From positions 36,952,001 to 37,016,000 of the forward strand of contig CM114271.1 in the NCBI GenBank assembly GCA_050084515.1: a stretch of DNA of 64,000 nucleotides, written 5' to 3'. Shown one piece after another: positions 60,700 through 64,000 of the stretch (position 1 is its first letter; every line of letters starts with the position of its first letter). The notes beneath the pieces were generated by a model that ran no database searches, was not told the origin of the DNA, and was given only the letters and a program-made list of their open reading frames with translations. Source of the DNA: Blasia pusilla. Taxonomy: Eukaryota. A program made the position numbers and the translations under genes.

Positions 60700-62900
60700 C
60701 CATACAACTTTTAACTTGGAAGTTCCTATGTAGTGTTATAACACACCCATAAATAGGTGATGCTATACATTGGAGGACATTACTATTTATTCACTTTCTA
60801 ATGATGATAATGGGAGTTTTGGAGATTTTTTTATTATCTAAGGGTGAGATCTTGCCAGCACACATCACTTTAACACGTTGGTGATAATAATGACATATAT
60901 GCTTTGTGAGAGAGATGTCTATGGTGCATCTTGTTCAAAAGTATGCAAAGGATATGGGACAAGTATACCATTTGAGCAAGTGCTCGAGATGACATTCATA
61001 AGGACATAATATGTTATACAAGCTAGGGTGATAGAGATTCCAATTAGGCCAATAATATAATGAGTCATGGTTGCATTAGGGATGGTAGTTTTAGATAACT
61101 AAACTTGAATATTTCAAAAAATTGATCTATCTAAGGTTATGTATCGATTTGAATGTGTTCTACTTGATTCAAGAGCATAAATCCTTGTGTTTGAGGAGAT
61201 GTCATATTAGGAGATATGATTGGGGAATTATGAGATCACTCCATGTCCATTTCATATTCACACATAATTAATTTCAAGGCGCTTCCTCGATGTAGCATAT
61301 GACTTGTGAGGATCGAGAGACAATAGTGAAGATTGACCATCCTATTGATAGTAAGGTGGTGCATACACAAGTAATGGTGACGTAGGCCGAGTCTTATGAA
61401 ATTCGGGTAAGTTGGGGCTTCTAGGTTACATCTCTTAGGTTTCACATTTAACTTTTGGGAGGAGTGATTCTTCTATAGAACAGGTTGGTAGTCAAGGGAC
61501 ATGCTATTCAATTACCCATGTTGTGTGCAAGGAGGCTTGATGACTTACTCTGAGGTCACCTACATAATGACATCTAATTGTGGATTTCTATGTTGGCCTT
61601 GAGATTCACTACAGGAGAATGCCCATGAAATGGATAGTCTTAAGGAGATGCATACAATGACAAGTTTATCTCCATATATCAACAATACTTCTTTTAGATT
61701 AGCATTTTCGGCCACAATCATAATTTTTATAAGGAGTACAATATTTTTATAATTTAGACATTGTAGACCTAACTCATTTTTTGGTGTCAAGGTGGCCATG
61801 TTAGGTTCACTCTTTAGCATGTTGAAGACTTGGTTTGAAAGACCCAAGGGGAAATATGTTTTGGGAGATTTTGCAAGCTTTTTGAAACTTGCAAATTATC
61901 CATAGATGTTCTCCAACCTACATTTTGGAGAATATTCAATTTTTAGATGATGTTCGATCTTGACCGATGGAAAGCTTTGATCTGGTGTAATCTTAGATAC
62001 AATTGGTAATGATTTTGGATGCGGTGAGTATTGAATTACGTTCACATTGTCCATGCTTATGGTAGGCTAACTTCTTACCATCCAAGCTATGAAGATATGC
62101 TTATAATGGAATCAACGACGGATCCCTACTTACAACTTTAGATTCATTATGAATTTAGCTCTCACTCAAGATGATATACAACCATTGGTGTTGGTAAATA
62201 GGATGGGCAAATAAGGACAATGTTACCTATAGTAGTGATTGTTTTGGTATCTCGAGCTTTTCTTCAAGGAGGACCTAATATAGTACGGGGTGAGCAAACA
62301 CATATGCTATTGGAGCCCAACGTCAACAAGCAAGAGCGGTTTGTAAAGTCTCCATATATATGAAAGTGATGGCTATAATGTTAGAGGCATTATAGAGATA
62401 TATGTAATATCATTTTGGATTCAATCATACTCATAGCTTTTGAGTATGATTTTTTTCTTTTATCTTTTAAAGAGAAAATATAATATTTAACATAGAGATA
62501 AAACATATCATTTTTTGGTGTTAGAGGGGGTATGCCTTCAAGATTCCTTATATTAGAGGGTCATGATGGTATCATTTAGAAAGATTACTTGCAGTTTTTG
62601 TACCATGTCATCTTCTCACTGATGGGAATATTGATCCTAGTTTGGTAGTGGTTCCAACAACCTTGAGATATATGCCATGTGGGTCTCCTAGGGAAACAAC
62701 CATGATGTTAGTCCATGATTGATGTTGTCTTCATTGACATTTCCTCTTGATTTGGTTCCTTATGAACATTGGATTTATCCTAGATGTTCCAATTTTTTAT
62801 GGGTGGATTACAAGATGAATCTTGATATTATAGATTACATGAAGGCGACTAATGGTCAATGCGATGACAAAACAACCAATATCCTCATCTTAGAACCAAT
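60700..62900 (-). mobile_element. probable highly decayed L1 LINE ORF2 relic
   Basis: Minus-strand fragments in L1 order: 'YSKAMSMIE' (like F.KAYD..EW), 'SLDGKKL' (like SW..K.LS) and 'TLTPKNELGLQCLNYKNIVLLIK' (like PK..GGLG...N.ALL.K). Confidence 0.35.
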
Positions 62901-64000
62901 AATATGCATAATATCTATATTTGTTTTGTAGACTATAGGAAGTTAAAGAGACCTAACCACAATTTAGTGGGGAAATACCATGAAGTTACTTGAAGGGAGA
63001 TTATACACTTGAGAAGACTCACTTAGGAGCCCATGTTTAGATATCCAAGTCAAAGAGTGAAATCCATTATACTATGCAGTGAAGCTATGCTTGAGTATTA
63101 AGCTTGGATACTCTTGTGTTAAAAATAGGTTATGATTGATATAAAAAATCACACATTTATACTTGGAGTATATTGATCTCATGTCTCTTTGTTAAGAGTA
63201 TGATATGTATGTTTATTATTTCTCGACTACATTTGGAATACATGCAATGCTAGAACATTATAAGGAAGTGTTTTTCATAGCTTCCGAAGCTAATTGGCTA
63301 TGAATGTTATGTAGCGATAAACTTCATTTCACTTTTAGAAGAGTGAAATTGGGTTTATAGCTATATGACATATTTATTTCTAAAGGGCATGTTTATTGGA
63401 TGTGTCTAGTCGTTTAGGTATAGATATTCTAAGATTCATAAGATAGATGGATATTAGATATGTCTCGATGACATCTGACATATGTTGGTTAATAATATGT
63501 ATTGGTAGAAGAAAAATCAAAAAAGGAGAAATACGGATACATATTATTAATGAAATATTTGTGGCCACGAAAATTTTTCTAGCAAGCTTTCCCTACTAGA
63601 TATTTTTGGGTGAATTTGTTTATATTTGAAATTTGATATTAAAATATTTTCATGCGGAGATTTCTTGCAAGCCAAAAAAGAAAGAACTACCTACTAAACC
63701 CCTTGGACATAGGTCATACTTTTGTATTTAAATTCGCAAGAAGCTTATATATATATGATCAAAATTTTTGAAAATAGTATAGTAAGAACTAGGAAATTTT
63801 CTTATCTTTTGCTTTAAGAAAAAGAATTTTTTCCCTCCTTGATTTGGGAAAAAAGAAATCCTCTTTTGCTTTTCCAACCCCCATCTATAAAAGAAAACTA
63901 TCCTTATCATTTTGAAAAAAATCCCACCATTCTCTTGTTCCTTTGTTTTTTACTCAAAGGTTCAATTTTCTTCCAAAATGGAGTTTATTTTCCCCTCCCA

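Overview
Eukaryotic, land-plant-type genomic DNA; probably a bryophyte or other non-seed plant (inferred from the gene set, intron style and TE lineages). It holds two intact multi-exon genes, both on the minus strand: a VPS8 (CORVET subunit) homologue at 22755-40923 (17 exons, about 2239 aa) and a DA1/DAR UIM-LIM-peptidase gene at 48350-55798 (11 exons, about 476 aa). A decayed LRR receptor-kinase pseudogene lies at about 44.2-45.5 kb. Most of the rest is transposon sequence: (1) a young Ty1/copia LTR element in VPS8 intron 2, with apparently identical LTRs, a half-molecule tRNAi-Met primer site, a gag frame that starts inside the LTR and an aberrant 48-bp flank duplication; (2) two CRE-like non-LTR retrotransposons, the more complete one carrying a restriction-like endonuclease; (3) a Helitron RepHel relic and several Helitron termini; (4) two head-to-tail Tourist-type MITEs; (5) a TTAA-flanked CCCC..GGGG piggyBac-like element in DA1 intron 2; (6) probable L1 relics. 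I found no rRNA, tRNA gene or CRISPR array. All calls come from reading the sequence by eye; no searches were run.
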